Origin: Anthoceros angustus
Lineage: Eukaryota > Plantae > Anthocerotophyta
Assembly (NCBI GenBank): GCA_010909165.1
Contig: MU008183.1
Span: 868,001 to 932,000 of the forward strand
DNA length: 64,000 nt
Reading direction: 5' to 3'
A model generated the notes under the pieces. It was given only the letters and a program-made list of their open reading frames with translations. It made no database searches and was not told where the DNA came from. A program made the translations under genes and the position numbers. How positions within the stretch are numbered: the first letter of the stretch is position 1; each line of letters begins with the position of its first letter. Of the stretch, positions 22,942-35,491 are shown piece by piece.

Positions 22942-25042
22942 GTGTAAATGATTGTGATGAAGGCAGCGTAAGCTGCCGCGATATTTATGGCCATCCCTGC
23001 CAGCTTGGGCGTACAGATGCGCACTCGATGGCAGTTGTTGGGCGTAATCGCCTACTCCCCACAGCCTGCCGCTGCCCGCTCCTTGTGACTGTCCTTTGGA
23101 TGCCTTCCTAAGCTCGTACGCTTAAGGGAGGGTGTTAGAGCATAAGCTTAAAAGTGCTTAGGGTTATGTTATGTTATGTTATGTTAATTAGGGTTATATA
23201 TCCAAAGGTCACTTAGTGAAGGGTTGCTTAGTTTATAAGACCAACACTTATTCAATATTTTGTATTCATTGTATATTCTCAATTTGATATATGCTTCGTT
23301 TCTCTTGCACACCGAACATGGTTCTACCCGATCAAAGTCGAACTTGTCCACAAACAAGGTGCACCGTCAAGGCTAGAGGAAGACGAGAGGAGGTGTATTT
23401 GGAGGATACATACCAAATTCAAGAGGCAACACCGACTTCTAGGTACCCGAAGACCTTATACCCCTCGAATTTACGAAACCCCGCTGGTATGGGCATTCGC
23501 AATCAGATGGCAAGGAACCCCGCAAATGAGTGCCATTCGGTTACAATTGCTGAGGGTTCGCATCACAAGAACGCCCCTCGCATCTCTGGAATGGTGATTT
23601 TGAGAGGCTATGTGGATTGCAAGCAATCGGGCACGTAATGGCGGTGTCCTTTGTCGACCAAAAAACAGGTGAGAATTGCTCAACCCCCGGTTACGGCAAC
23701 CCACCCACCTATGCAAAAAACTGCTACTACGATGTAAGTCAAAGATGCGCTCATGGCGGTATGGGAGGATTCCAGGCCAACATCTTTGAGAAGTTTGGAG
23801 GATTGGAGGACATGGACATGGTACTATGAGGAGACCCCGTCATGGTCTCAACGCGAGCAAAATGCGGAAGGCGTATACACCGAGAAGGGAGAACGGGGGA
23901 AGAAAAGAAAGAAGGGAGGATTGGAAACCTCCGTAACATCTGTGAGTGAGGAGGAAGTCACGTCTTCATCGGGCGAAGAAGGACGGGAGGCGAATGGATA
24001 ACCCATGAGGGGCTGAGGGGCCAAGCCAGCGGAGGGTGAGCGCGACCGCGAAGATGGGAGAGGAACGGGCACCACACCTGCAAATTTTGGCGGTGTCACG
24101 ACTACGACTTCCTTAGCAGCCAGACCCTCGGATTCGAGGGATGACGTGCAGGAAGGAGGGAGTCAGAAGGGGGTAGAACTGGAGTCGCGAGATTCGGCGG
24201 AAAACCCGCGGGGGGGAAAAAAAGATGAGTTGGCATTTCCGCCAGATGTTAGAAAGGAAGTTATGGAGATGATCCGAGAGGAACTGGAACAGACCACGAC
24301 CGTCACACCTCTGTCCACTACCGTTCCACCAAAACCAGCTACTGGCCATCTTGTTTCAACGACCGCGACAACTGAGGGAGCTACCACGGTTGCTGAAACA
24401 GGAGTGGGTGCAGGCGCTGAGGAGGGGAGAACGCAGGCAAATGCCCCTTTCAACCTGGCGAAGGCCATCATGGACCAAAAGTTCATGATATCATTTGGAC
24501 AGCTTCTCAGAGACAACCCACGGTATCGCCAGCAAATCCGGTGGGCCCTAAAAGCAGCCCAGCCCAAGAAGAGGCGGACTCTCCCTACCCCAAGGCCAAG
24601 GCCCCTTGCTGTGAACATGGTGGCTATGGTGGACCAAGGTCCCGCGGAGCTGCAAATAGAAATTTCGGGATGTATAATCAAGAACGTACTTTGGATTCAG
24701 GGTCCGGGGTCAACATCATGACGGAGGACACCGCTCGGAAGCTGGGGCTGGAGATAGAACACACGTCCAAGGTGCTGCGTCTCGCTGTCCAAGATGGCAC
24801 CGGTAGGGGAGCTAACGGGGGTCTTAACCCATATAGGTACCATTCCGTACCTTATGGACTATATGGTCATCAAACAGAAAGCTCCTGGGTATGACATTTT
24901 GATTGGCCGAACGTGGATGTATGGGGCGCGCTGTACCTTCAAGTGGGCAAGAAAGGAAATGGGGTTCAAACCTCTGGATTGGGACCCCAAAATTAAGGAA
25001 GGGAGGATACGTTTGACTTGGAGCCGGGACACGTACGTAGGG

Positions 25043-25726
25043 GAGACGCCCACGGAAACAAAAGGATACACCTCTGCAGAAGACACCTCTAGGGAGGAGG
25101 ATGAGAAAGAGAAGTTTCCGTTCGCCCACATTTCTTGGTCGGATGAAGAGAAGGACTATCGGAGAGACATTCCTCACTCCATCAGCCTAGTGGGTTGTTA
25201 TGGGGTCACAGTTGACTGCGCTGGTGTGGAAGGCGAAACTGCAATTAAGAAGGAAGGCACAACGGTTGCGGAACAGGATGTGACGGTCGCCGAACCGAAA
25301 GGTGACCCATCCGATCAAACCTCTGAGGAACTTGAGGAAGGCGTTACGCGTTTCACCTCAGATGATTTGTTTCGGGAATGGGGAATGCGTGAGGAGACGC
25401 CCACGGAAACAAAAGGATACACCTCTGCAGAAGACACCTCTAGGGAGGAGGATGAGAAAGAGAAGTTTCTGTTCGCCCACATTTCTTGGTCGGATGAAGA
25501 GAAGGACTATCGGAGACATTCCTCACTCCATCACCCTAGTGGTGGGTCCTGACCACTGTGTGGAAGGCTTAAACCGCAATTAAGAAGGAAGGCAACGGTT
25601 ATGGAACAGGATGTGACGGTAGCTGAACCGAAAGGTGACCCATCCGATCAAACCTCTGAGGAACTTGAGGAAGGCGTTACGCGTTTCACCTCAGATGATT
25701 TGTTTCGGGAATGGGGAATGCGTGAG
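25043..25726 (+). repeat. Tandem duplication (351-bp first unit) in the G1 protease-RT spacer
   Basis: gagacgcccacggaaacaaaaggatacacc...ggaatgcgtgag starts at 25043 and again at 25394. The peptide ETPTETKGYTSAEDTSREEDEKEKF appears twice in one ORF. Confidence 0.92.
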
Positions 25727-26344
25727 GGAGAACCGCGACAGCCGGAGGAAGGGTTCAGAGTTACATCCGTGCCTGTGGAAAAGGAATGGGTGCAAACTGA
25801 TGAAATTAAAGACGTGGAGGTGCTGCCTGGGAAGGTTCTTAAGTTTTCAAACCGGATGGATGCCGAATTGGAAAAGGGGATGAAGTACCGCGTAATTCAT
25901 TCATGTTTTCGCTTTCGACGTCACGGATATGAAGGGAATACCTAAAGAGTGGGGGGAGCACAAAATTGATCTCGAGCCCGGAGCTGTTCCAGTCAGGATA
26001 CCACAATACAAGCTGAATCCGAAATATTCCCTAAAGGTAAAGGAGCAGTTGGAGCTTTACCTACGCGCGGACATCATCTACCCGATTGTATAGTCTACTA
26101 AAAGCTACGCATCGCCTATCCCTCGTCCACTCATTATAATCAGTATGGGAAAGAAGATGAAGAAATCTTTTTACTATAGTCTACTAAAAACAGATGACTA
26201 AAGCTTTATCATGGTTTAGGAGTTAAGAAGACTCGAAGAATTAGGAAGACCCCAGAAACTATTATCAGAAATAGGCTATAATTGGTGGGAAAGGTGAGTC
26301 CAATTACAGCTTGTCATGGCCCAATGTTGAAGTTTACGAGAGAA

Positions 26345-26465
26345 TTTGAAAGAAGCACTATCCCCTATGCATGCGCTTAGGACAACCTATCATTTTGGCC
26401 GGCTATTTGAAAGAAGCACTATCCCTTAAGCATGCGCGTAGGGCAAGCTGTCATTTTGGCCGACT
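26345..26465. repeat. 61-bp tandem repeat, two copies
   Basis: tttgaaagaagcactatccc...tcattttggcc occurs at 26345 and 26406. Confidence 0.8.
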
Positions 26466-27529
26466 ACTCTCTTCGGGCCCGGGACCGGGACCAGCCTATA
26501 TTCATGACCCTCGGTTTTAGAGCGGACAGGGACCGGTATTTTTTACGACATTCGATCATCTACATTAAGTACCTGAATGGGACGCGGTCGAAATGGGTTT
26601 AGGTCCTCCCTTCATACATGAGTTCATTGGAACTCCACAATTAAGTGGGCTGAGGACGGATGAGTAGTTGGATGGGGTTTCACCTATTCCCAACTTCATG
26701 GCCCTACAAACCATCTGTTATAAACTGTGGTGCAAGATCACTTGCCATAAATTTTGCGTCCTAAACTTTGCCATAGGACCCATCTCTATAAACTTTGCGC
26801 CTTCGTCTCTACAATGTGCGGGGCCGCCAATTGTTAGTGTCCTACGGGGTTACTCCGGATCAAAACCCCATTGCAAGACTTGGATGCATACTTTCAAATA
26901 TTTAGGCATTGCAAGACTTGAATACATACTTTGAAATATTTAGGGTTACTTCGCATCAAAAGCCCATTGTAGGACTTGGATGCATACCTTGAAATATTTA
27001 TTAAATCTCGACCAAAAACAACTTTGGGGCCGGAAGTTAGCATGCGGTGGGAACGAGCAGGACATTTTAATAATTCTAAATTAAAACTCAAGAATATTAC
27101 ACTCGAACAAAATCTGAATGTGTATCCATTTGGCCTAAGAAATGTGTGCCCCAATGGCTTAAATAAATGAACACACATTTTGAAGAACATTGCTGCTAGG
27201 CATCCTACGCCGCCATCCCTACTTGGATGGGGTGTCTAGAGGGAATGGATGCCCTTGATGCTAGTAGCTTAGGCACAGCCTTACTAAGGGGCCCAAGCTA
27301 CAAGAGGAGGCAGACCCTTACTTCAATTTAGAAGGGGTAGGCTTCAGTCCATGGGATCGGCTTGCTAACTCCCGTGAAACAGATGAGAGATATACAACGT
27401 GGGCCGGGTCTCCTCCGGCCTCATACGTTACTCTGGCAAACTTGGGTGAATGCGCGTGCAGGGATCCTCGCTCACCTCCACAAAGTAATTCTAATGTACA
27501 CTCAAGCTTTATGTCCATCAAAGCTAGAA

Positions 27530-30500
27530 CTATCTAGTCCCGCGGCCCACGACTCCTGACTCGGGCTTGGAAGCTTGTACCTTGTCGGCATACTCCTTCA
27601 TACGCGACTTCAGGCGGGAAAGCTCTTTGTGCAAACCAAGGAACGTACTGCGCATGCGCTTGAACTGTTCCCTGGCGTCGTAAAAGGCGTCAGTTAAATC
27701 CCCGTAGACCGCCGCAAGCTTTATCTTGTCCTCGGCAGCCTTTGCCTGATCGACGCCCGCCCGGAACTCGTCAAAGGAGCGTGCATATCTCTGCAGAGCT
27801 GTGTTCAGGCGGAGATAAACTTCATACTTCTCCCCGTATTCCGTGAGGCACCTTTTGTACTCGTCCATATTCCCAATCGGACCTTGAATAACTACCTCTT
27901 CAGACGACTTCTCGTAGGGAGCAAACCACTGGTCCTCCAGGGGATCTTTTGCAAGAGTCCTCTTTTTCGCGGAGGGGCCTTCTCCAGAGCTCTCTTTCCT
28001 CTTCACGCCCACCTTAGCAGGAACAGGCACAGAATCTGATGATGGCCTTGCCTGCTGATGGTCCATCTGCCTGTTTGCACTCTCCTGTTTATGTGACACA
28101 ACTCCCCCACCAGCTCTCTCAGCTTTGGACTTCACAATTGGGTTACTTGTCACACCTGGCGTGTTTAATCCCTTCTTGGCAGCCTTCCTTGCCTCCATCT
28201 GCCCATCTGCAACATCCGCTGTTCTCTTGGTGCCTCTTCCACTGACCTTACCCTTCGCAGTATCTGCACTCTTGCCAACTGCAGTCTCAGCTTTTCCTGT
28301 AACCGCAGGCTCCATTCTGACGGGTGTTAAGTCAGACCTCTGTACATCTTTCCTACCACCGGGACTTCTCTTGGCTGGAGAGTCTCTCCTCACATCCTTG
28401 ACCCTGCCTGCCATCTTACTCAAAGCCTCGCCAGCAGCTGCGTGCTTCACCGCCTCATTAGTGTCCTTGACCATTTGCTTCCCACTCTCGATGACCATAT
28501 CATCTAGTTCGCCTGATTCCCTGTCGGACCGCAGTTTGCCTCTATCTTCAACCCCTTCTCTAATCTCCCCGTCGCTCAGCATCCCACTTTCTTCTGCTTG
28601 CTCGGCCCCAGAAGACTTCAGTATTTTCCCTCCTTTCGCTTGAAGATCTGCACCTGGCATTGCCCTGTCCGGAAAATCCAGCCTTTTGTAGACTCTAATT
28701 CACCGCCGTCTGATCTGATCTGGATTGTTAGGCCACCCATGCATTTCATACTGATCCCTACCAGTGACAGGAAACATTTCAACATTAGGCCCAGGTTTCC
28801 CCAACAGACTCGGCTCGCAATTGTTCTTCCTGTAAACTTCTGACACCCCAACTGCTGGTGTATCAGCTGCTTTCAATGGTAGCTCTGCCCCTGGAGTCGT
28901 TGCCTTCTGCACATTCTTCAATGGCTTCCTTCCACCAGGAGCATTGCTAGCTTTCGCCGCGGGCTTTTGGCCCTTTGGTTTTCCACCAGCCACACGTGGG
29001 GCTTCATTTCCCCGCAACGGAGACATCTGTTGCTGTAACTTTCCTCCTGCTGAACTGGAGTTTTGGCTCAAGTGAAACCCCGTCTGCTCCACAGCGCTAT
29101 CAGTCGGAGGAGGAACACCAAGTTCCTGGGAACCATCTGCAGATGGAGGGGAAGACTTTTTGGCAGTCTCTGCTGATACATGTATTTTCCCAGATGAACC
29201 CTCTCCTCTAACGTTCATTCCAACTCCTAGTCCTGTTCCCTCTGAGATGTCCTTGCTAGAAGCTTTAGCCTCCTTTGCAACAGCAGGCCCCCGTCTATCC
29301 TTTGCAATAGCAGGCCCCCGTCTGGCCCCTCTGTTCTGAGCTTTCATCTCCAATGCTTCTATGCTGTTGTCAGACTCAGAGCTCCTGCACTTGCGAGAAT
29401 CGTCTGTAGACCTGTCAACTGCATTCGCAGCCTTTAGTGCAGCCCCGTCTACCGATTCATGCCGTCCACTAAGGCCGTCAGCAACCACCTTCTGGTTATC
29501 AGTCAAGGAGGCCACCCGGGGTGAAGGTGGGGCTCCTTCTGAGGACACAACATCAATTTCCTCATCATCCTCATCATCCCCAGCCAGGGCTGGTCTCTCA
29601 GTTCCAGCCAGATTCTCGGCACCCAGTTGTTCGGCATTCCAGGGGGGTGTTGGCTCCAGTCTCTGGACATGAGGAGAAGGTTCCCTGTTTTCCCCTCTTG
29701 GTTTCTCGTTCTCATCGTCACTTACAATATTTACATCCTCGTCCCCACCCTCGTCTGCACTCTCATCCTCCCACTGCTGCTGGAAGAGTCGCTATCACTG
29801 TCACTCCCACTACCACTCTCACTTCCGCTCCCTTCGCTGTCGCTGTCACTTCCACTGCCAGAGCTGCTACTTTCACCGCCATCACTGTTGTCGGATGTTT
29901 TCAAAAGCGCCTCCTGAGCACTAGAGGGTGTGTTATCTGCAGAAACGCCATCTTCCCTGATTTGGTTAACCCCGGGGACCACTGCTATTCTATCAGGGCT
30001 TGCAAAAGCCTGAGAACTTTTCTGCTGAACATCAGGACGAACAGCAGACACAGTTTTCTGGGCGGCTTCCTCCGTTTTACTGTTAGCCTTCCTAATTGGA
30101 GGCCTCTGAAATTGCTTCACAGCAGCTGGTGCCTCTGTAACCTCCTTTCTAACATCCTGATCATCCATTGCGACCACATCTAATGCTACATCTGATGAGG
30201 CATCCGGTAGAGCAGGAGAGTCTGCAAGTGGCGGAGAGTCCACAGGTACAAAGTCAGGTGAGTTTCCGGAAGGCTTTGTCACAATTCCCTTTTCAACCCC
30301 TTGCTTGAGCATGTATTTCCCTGGTGCAATAAAGGTAGCTATTTGCTTCAAAACTTTCTCCATGTTCTTCTTCCTTCCGGCCTGCAAGCTAGGCAGACCA
30401 TCTCCTAACGCCCTCTCCAAAGCCTTCATCGACATCCCTTTCGGGTTGTCCGTCAGCAGCGTGATCAGACAGTTGCGAAGGTCACCAACGTTGACAGCTG

Positions 30501-31467
30501 CTCCAGACTTAGCCATTGACTCAGGGGGAGCAACTGCAGCTGGGCTGGAGACCTGTGGCTTGCTGACAGCAGGTGGAGGTGCCTCCTCCACCACAGGACG
30601 CCCCTTGGGAGGAAGCATCGTGCCTGCTGGTGCAGAATTGGGCAGTCTGGGAGCAGCAGCTATAACTTCAGGTGAGACTGGTGCTGCCAATTTCGGCTTG
30701 ACAGTGCCAACAGAGTGAATGGAAGTCACCTTGTTCTTCCCTGCTGCAACTCCAGCTGCTGCCGGTTTCCCCTTGCTCAAGGACTCCTTCATGTGCATAG
30801 CATTCTGATGAGACCTGTTCTGCATAAATTTCCGTCCACTTCCGCCGTCATTCGCAGCAGCCACTTGATTCTTCAAGCTGCTACTAGGTTCAAGAACGAT
30901 GGCCTTGCGGGACTTCTGCTTTCGTTCTGCCTCTGCAGAACGTTCCTTCACACGATTCTTCTCATCCGCGTCCAAGGTCCGATTCACCGAGATCTTCCGC
31001 CACACAGCTCCTGCTTCAGCCAGAATCCCGTTACCAGATTCACCCCGCTGCTGCTCTTCATATATAGCGAACAAATGCCCTGGTTCACGAGCAGATGAAA
31101 ACCTGATCTCCTCATTCCCCACCCTAAGTACTCCTGCTCCCGAGGGCGAGGATCCAAACTTCATGGACAAAGACCTCCATCAGCTTTGACTCGACTGAGC
31201 TCCTCCCAAAGCCCCGGAGTGAGCTTCGCAAGTATCGCAAACGGGGCCATCGTCCCGTCGGACAACATCTGGAAGGTTTCCTCCACCGCGTTGGCTGCTG
31301 GGACCACGGCAGCGGCAGACTTCTCTGCAGCACCACCATCTCGAGACGGGCGCCCCTTACTTTTCCCAGCCATCCCCACACTTCTCCCAAGAGGTAGGAT
31401 CCGGCTGGCAGGGGGGGGACCAAGCCTGGCCTGGCCTCGGCCCCTCCCTCGCAAACTTGCTCGCCAT
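27530..31467 (-). CDS. Occludin/ELL-domain protein, copy B (complete, apparently intronless, about 3.9 kb)
   Basis: ATG at 31467 (MASK), stop at 27530. C-terminal Occludin_ELL-like helix bundle GPIGNMDEYKRCLTEYGEKYEVYLRLN...FKRMRSTFLGLHKELSRLKSRMKEY. The N-terminal domain matches copy A. Confidence 0.88.
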
Positions 31468-32078
31468 GCTTTCCTATCTCCTGCAACAGGGATCGCAATC
31501 CAACATGTCTAAATCCACGCAATTCAACTCATATCAGCTCCCTCCGAGCCAGGCCAAGCATGCAAAAAATACACCAAATCGCTCTGAAACCGCACAATTC
31601 ACCATCACGCCTTCCTTCCTTACCGAATTAGCTCTCCTTCTGCTCCTTTTCTCCACAAAGGCCGCTGAGTTTCGCTGAAATAGTGGCAGGCAAGAGTGAA
31701 CAATCCTCCCCCAGCGCTACCGACGCCGATGCATCTGACGCCCATATGTTGCTGGCGCTGGCCCCTTTGACAGAGCAGGCATTGCAGGAAGGACGCGGCC
31801 ATGACCAACATAGTGACCCCGACGTCCAAGGGAAGTTCTCATATCTGTTCGCTCAAAGCGCTGAAAGGAAAGCGAGCAAGCAAAGAAAAGCAGTCCTTTT
31901 ACGAACACGCTCTGTGAAAAAGTACATTACATTCCATATTACATTCGCTTCACTAAACCTACCCACTCCCTACACACAAGAGCAGCTCAGCTTTCACATA
32001 GCTACATGCATGGGAAGGGAAGACTCAATGAATCATATAATGTATTAGAGTAAGAATTTATAATGAGAGCTTTAGTAT

Positions 32079-32205
32079 AAATTTTATTATAAGAAAAAGT
32101 AAATTCTATTATAAGAAATAAATGAATTCTATTATAAGATATAAACAAATTTTATTATAAAAATAAATAACTTCTATTATAAATAAAAATATATTATAAA
32201 TTAAG
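32079..32205. repeat. AT-rich TATTATAA minisatellite, copy B
   Basis: Same array as 3971-4095. Confidence 0.8.
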
Positions 32206-32369
32206 ACTTTAATTATTATTATATCTTTCTCAAAAAAACATTTTCCAAAGAAAAAACCCTTTAGTTACTCTCTCCTCATATATGCAAGTTGATGTATTTA
32301 GATATGCAAGTTGCTGTACCATAGTTTAGACACAGAAGGCCTTCGTAAACACAGGCTGAAGTGAGAGCG

Positions 32370-33371
32370 ATGGCTGCCGAGGGCGGAGGTAAGAAGGTGA
32401 GGAGCAGAGTGGAGGATGAGCGTATCTCGAAGGCTGTGGATTCTCTGCTGAGATGGCTGGATTCTCAGAAATCGGGAAGGAAGGCGCAGCTTGTTGAGGA
32501 TGACGAGCTCCTGTATGTTGTGGTATCGATGAAAAAGGTACCGCAGGTGGCGCGCACGAATCCGTACAGGATTCCTGTGCCTCACCCGCTCTTTCCCCTG
32601 GATGGTTCGCAAGAGATCTGCCTCTTTGTGAGCGACCGGGAGTCGGGTATGAAGCAGAAGGAAGCGAAGGACAGGGTTGCGCAGGAGGAATACCTATTCA
32701 GAAGGTGGTGGCGCTGTCCAAGCTGAAGAAGAACTACTTCGCGTACGAGGCCAAGAGGAAGCTGTGTGGTTCGTATGACTTGTTCTTGGCGGACGATAGG
32801 ATTCTCCGAGCTTCCGAAGTGCCTCGGGAGGACTTTTTCAAGAAGAAGAAGCATCCTATCCCGGTTAGGTTGTCTAGGGGACAATGGAAAGGGCACATCA
32901 CGGCTGCGTGCAGCTCTACCTTTTCTATTTGGCGAGGGGACGTGCAGTGTCATCAAGGCTGCCAAAGCCTCGCAGTCTAGGGATGAGATTAGGGACAACA
33001 TTCGAACTATAGTGGAAGGGGTAGCTCATGTTATTCCTAAGAAGTGGTCCAACATCCAGTCCATTTATTTGAAGACGTTGGAGTCCGTGTCGCTTCCATT
33101 GTACCAGGCACTTTCAGGCCTCCCATTGAAGATACAGGTCGGCAGGAAGTCCGAGTCCGAGGATTTGGAGGCCCTGACGGAGGGTATGTTAAAGGAGGGG
33201 AAGTCGGAGGAGAGCAAGTCCAAGGAAGAGAAGTCCAAGGAGGGGAAAGCGAAGGAGAGCAAGTTGAAGGAGAAGAAGAGGGAGGAGAGCAAGTCAGTTG
33301 GGGAAGTGGAGCCTTCGAAGAAGAGGAAACAAGTAGATAGCCTGAGGAAGTCGAAGAAAAGTCGAACATGA
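32370..33371 (+). CDS. RSL1D1: Ribosomal protein L1 domain-containing protein (RSL1D1-like), copy B
   Basis: Starts MAAEGGGKKVRSRVEDERISKAVDSLLRWL at 32370, with the same L1-domain motifs as copy A. Its frameshifts fall at different positions from copy A. Confidence 0.9.
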
Positions 33372-33522
33372 CTCGGAAGGTGCACGATCGGGTGAACTCA
33401 TTTGTGCCGCTTGCACCCCCTTCTTTTTTGTCATTTGTTTGGTGGAGGTTCGGCTGCGAAATGGTGCTTCAACTGCAGCTTCTTTTGAGGTGAGGCCAAA
33501 GGCGTAAAAGTCCTCGCGACCA

Positions 33523-35491
33523 TTATAATTGTTGTTTTCTCGAGACGAGGTCCAGGCTCCATAGAGGGAGTGAATAAATTAGGATGCAGGGCAGGAGAGA
33601 ACACGCGATAGATAAAACAATGTAGGCGTAGGCACGCCAGGGCCTGTCTCCTTGGTGCATCATGTGCACCTCAACCACAACTGTGGAGACGGTGCTCATG
33701 CATCCCATGAGTCCAAGCTGCAGAGCTCCCGTCACTAGGGTAGCATCCCCATTGCTGACCTGAAACATAGGCCAAGGCCGGCAGTGAGAATTATGTCCGT
33801 AAAACCTTTACAGCTGAATAATGAATCGATCTGAGGAGCGACAGTGGCGGTTTCTAAAGACTTACCACAACTCCCACGGTGCCCAGGCTCGCATCCAACC
33901 ATGACGCAATGACGTTGGCAAGGAGAGTGCCAACGGGCAACCATTTAATCCAATGCTTTGGTCCGACGCCCTGACCATTCAGCCGGGCAAGATGCCACCT
34001 TGTCCAGACACCAAGAGGTGCCACCATGCAAGCCAGCCAGAGTTTTCTTTGATCCTCATGCAGCAGGGTGAGAACCGCAGATGCCACCGACATACCACCC
34101 GCTAGAAGTGAGAAGGACGCAAAAAAATCCATCTGCGGGCAAGGTGGTCTTCTGCACTCCTTTGCAGCTTTCTCACATCCTTCTCAGGCGTCTTCCCTTG
34201 CAAACAGTGGATGAAGCCTAGCAGTGCCCTCGCAGAGTCCATGCCGAAAATGAGACACATCCATGATAGCTGCATACCTTGGATAGACCAACACCATGCT
34301 GTCAGATTTCGCCACAATAACCGAATTCATGAGCGTGAAGAGGAATATACCAATTAGAATGCCGACAAGAGCATGGACCCAGCGGCCCCCAGTGAGTAGT
34401 TCAACCATGTGCTGGTTCCAGGATGCAAACGTGGTAATGCTGCCCATGAGTCCAGTTGATAAGCCGACAGCCAAGATCTCCGAGTAACGTGAAATATGCG
34501 TCTTCAAAGTGACTCCTACCCATCCCATGAAAAAGGACCCAACCTGCGAAAGGCAAGAAAACCATCAACAACAACCTGAATACCAACAGGTGAACCACCA
34601 GAATCCCAAAATACACACCATGTTTGCCGGCAAATCAGTGAAAAGTGCACTCCTATCTCCAGTGACATCGGCCACATTCGGGCCAAACAAAATTTGCAGT
34701 CCGTATCTTATGAGCACCTGCACCAGCCACAACCACGTGATGACGTAAAAGCATAGCTCAAGGTTGTCATACTACCGTTCAGGCACCTGGTAACGAGTAC
34801 CATCCCATATTCCTCCCAGCAGGCAAACCCTCTCCCGTTAGCAACGTATTTACTTAACGAAACCAGTGACTTACCCCTAGCATCCCGAACACGGCGAGAT
34901 GAGCAAGGGTCGATAGGTATTGAGGATTGGAGGCAACTTGCGTGCATCAACCTGACAGGGCAGGAAAGGCCATGACAGTGTCAGTCCGAAGGACAGACTT
35001 TGAAAATTGTTGAATAAAACAAAGGTGAAGCCAGCAAAACGCGGCGGTGCGAACTCGGAGAAACCTGTCCTCACCGCAGGTTGTGGTTGCAGAGCTGACG
35101 CCTGCTCAAGCGGTTGCTCATCATCCACCCTCCTGGACCGGACAGCCTCGTCTCCATCAGCGACCCTGATTCGTTGAGCGGATGGTGCGGCGTCGGATAA
35201 TCCTTGAGCCAGGGTCGGCAGCGGAGGTGGCGCAAAGGCCTCGTTGCTTGTGGCTGGCCATACCCTAGAGATGGGACCAGAAGAGTAACCTCCGTCGCTC
35301 CTGGTGTCGAGACGGCCAGAGTCGCCGGCAGTGGCTTCTAGCTGATCCTCCTCGTCCACAGACAGCCGTGGTATTCCAAAAGAACGCCTGAAGCTGCCTG
35401 AAAACCTTCCCAAAGCTTCGGGCTCCCGGTACCTGTACGCCAATTCCAAATCACCGCTCTCGGCTAATTCCTGGTCCGCAATTTGAGCCAT
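33523..35491 (-). CDS. FEX: Plant fluoride export protein FEX, copy B
   Basis: Same exons as copy A. ATG at 35491, stop at 33523. Confidence 0.92.

Larger units (their letters stand above)
16823..23334 (+). mobile_element. Complete Ty1/Copia element C2 (6.5 kb) with 5-bp TSD AAGTC
   Basis: LTRs at 16823-17019 and 23133-23334, identical over the central part. AAGTC at 16818-16822 and 23335-23339. PBS tggtatcgagc (tRNA-iMet) at 17020-17030. PPT aagggaggg at 23124-23132. Confidence 0.96.
15421..26087 (+). mobile_element. Ty3/Gypsy G1 (non-chromovirus, Athila-like PBS) internal region: gag, protease and start of RT; interrupted by Copia C2 and truncated at about 26087
   Basis: Retrotrans_gag-like DPDEFVSCFE...WYKREY...FEVLKRAF...ETAVYVERF. 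Two CCHC knuckles (about 16800/23340 and about 23620). Protease LDSGSGVNIM...YDILIGRTW. RT N-terminus DVFAF...GIP...HKIDLEPGAVPV...Y.LNPKYSLKVKEQL...IIYPI, then an abrupt end. Confidence 0.88.
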
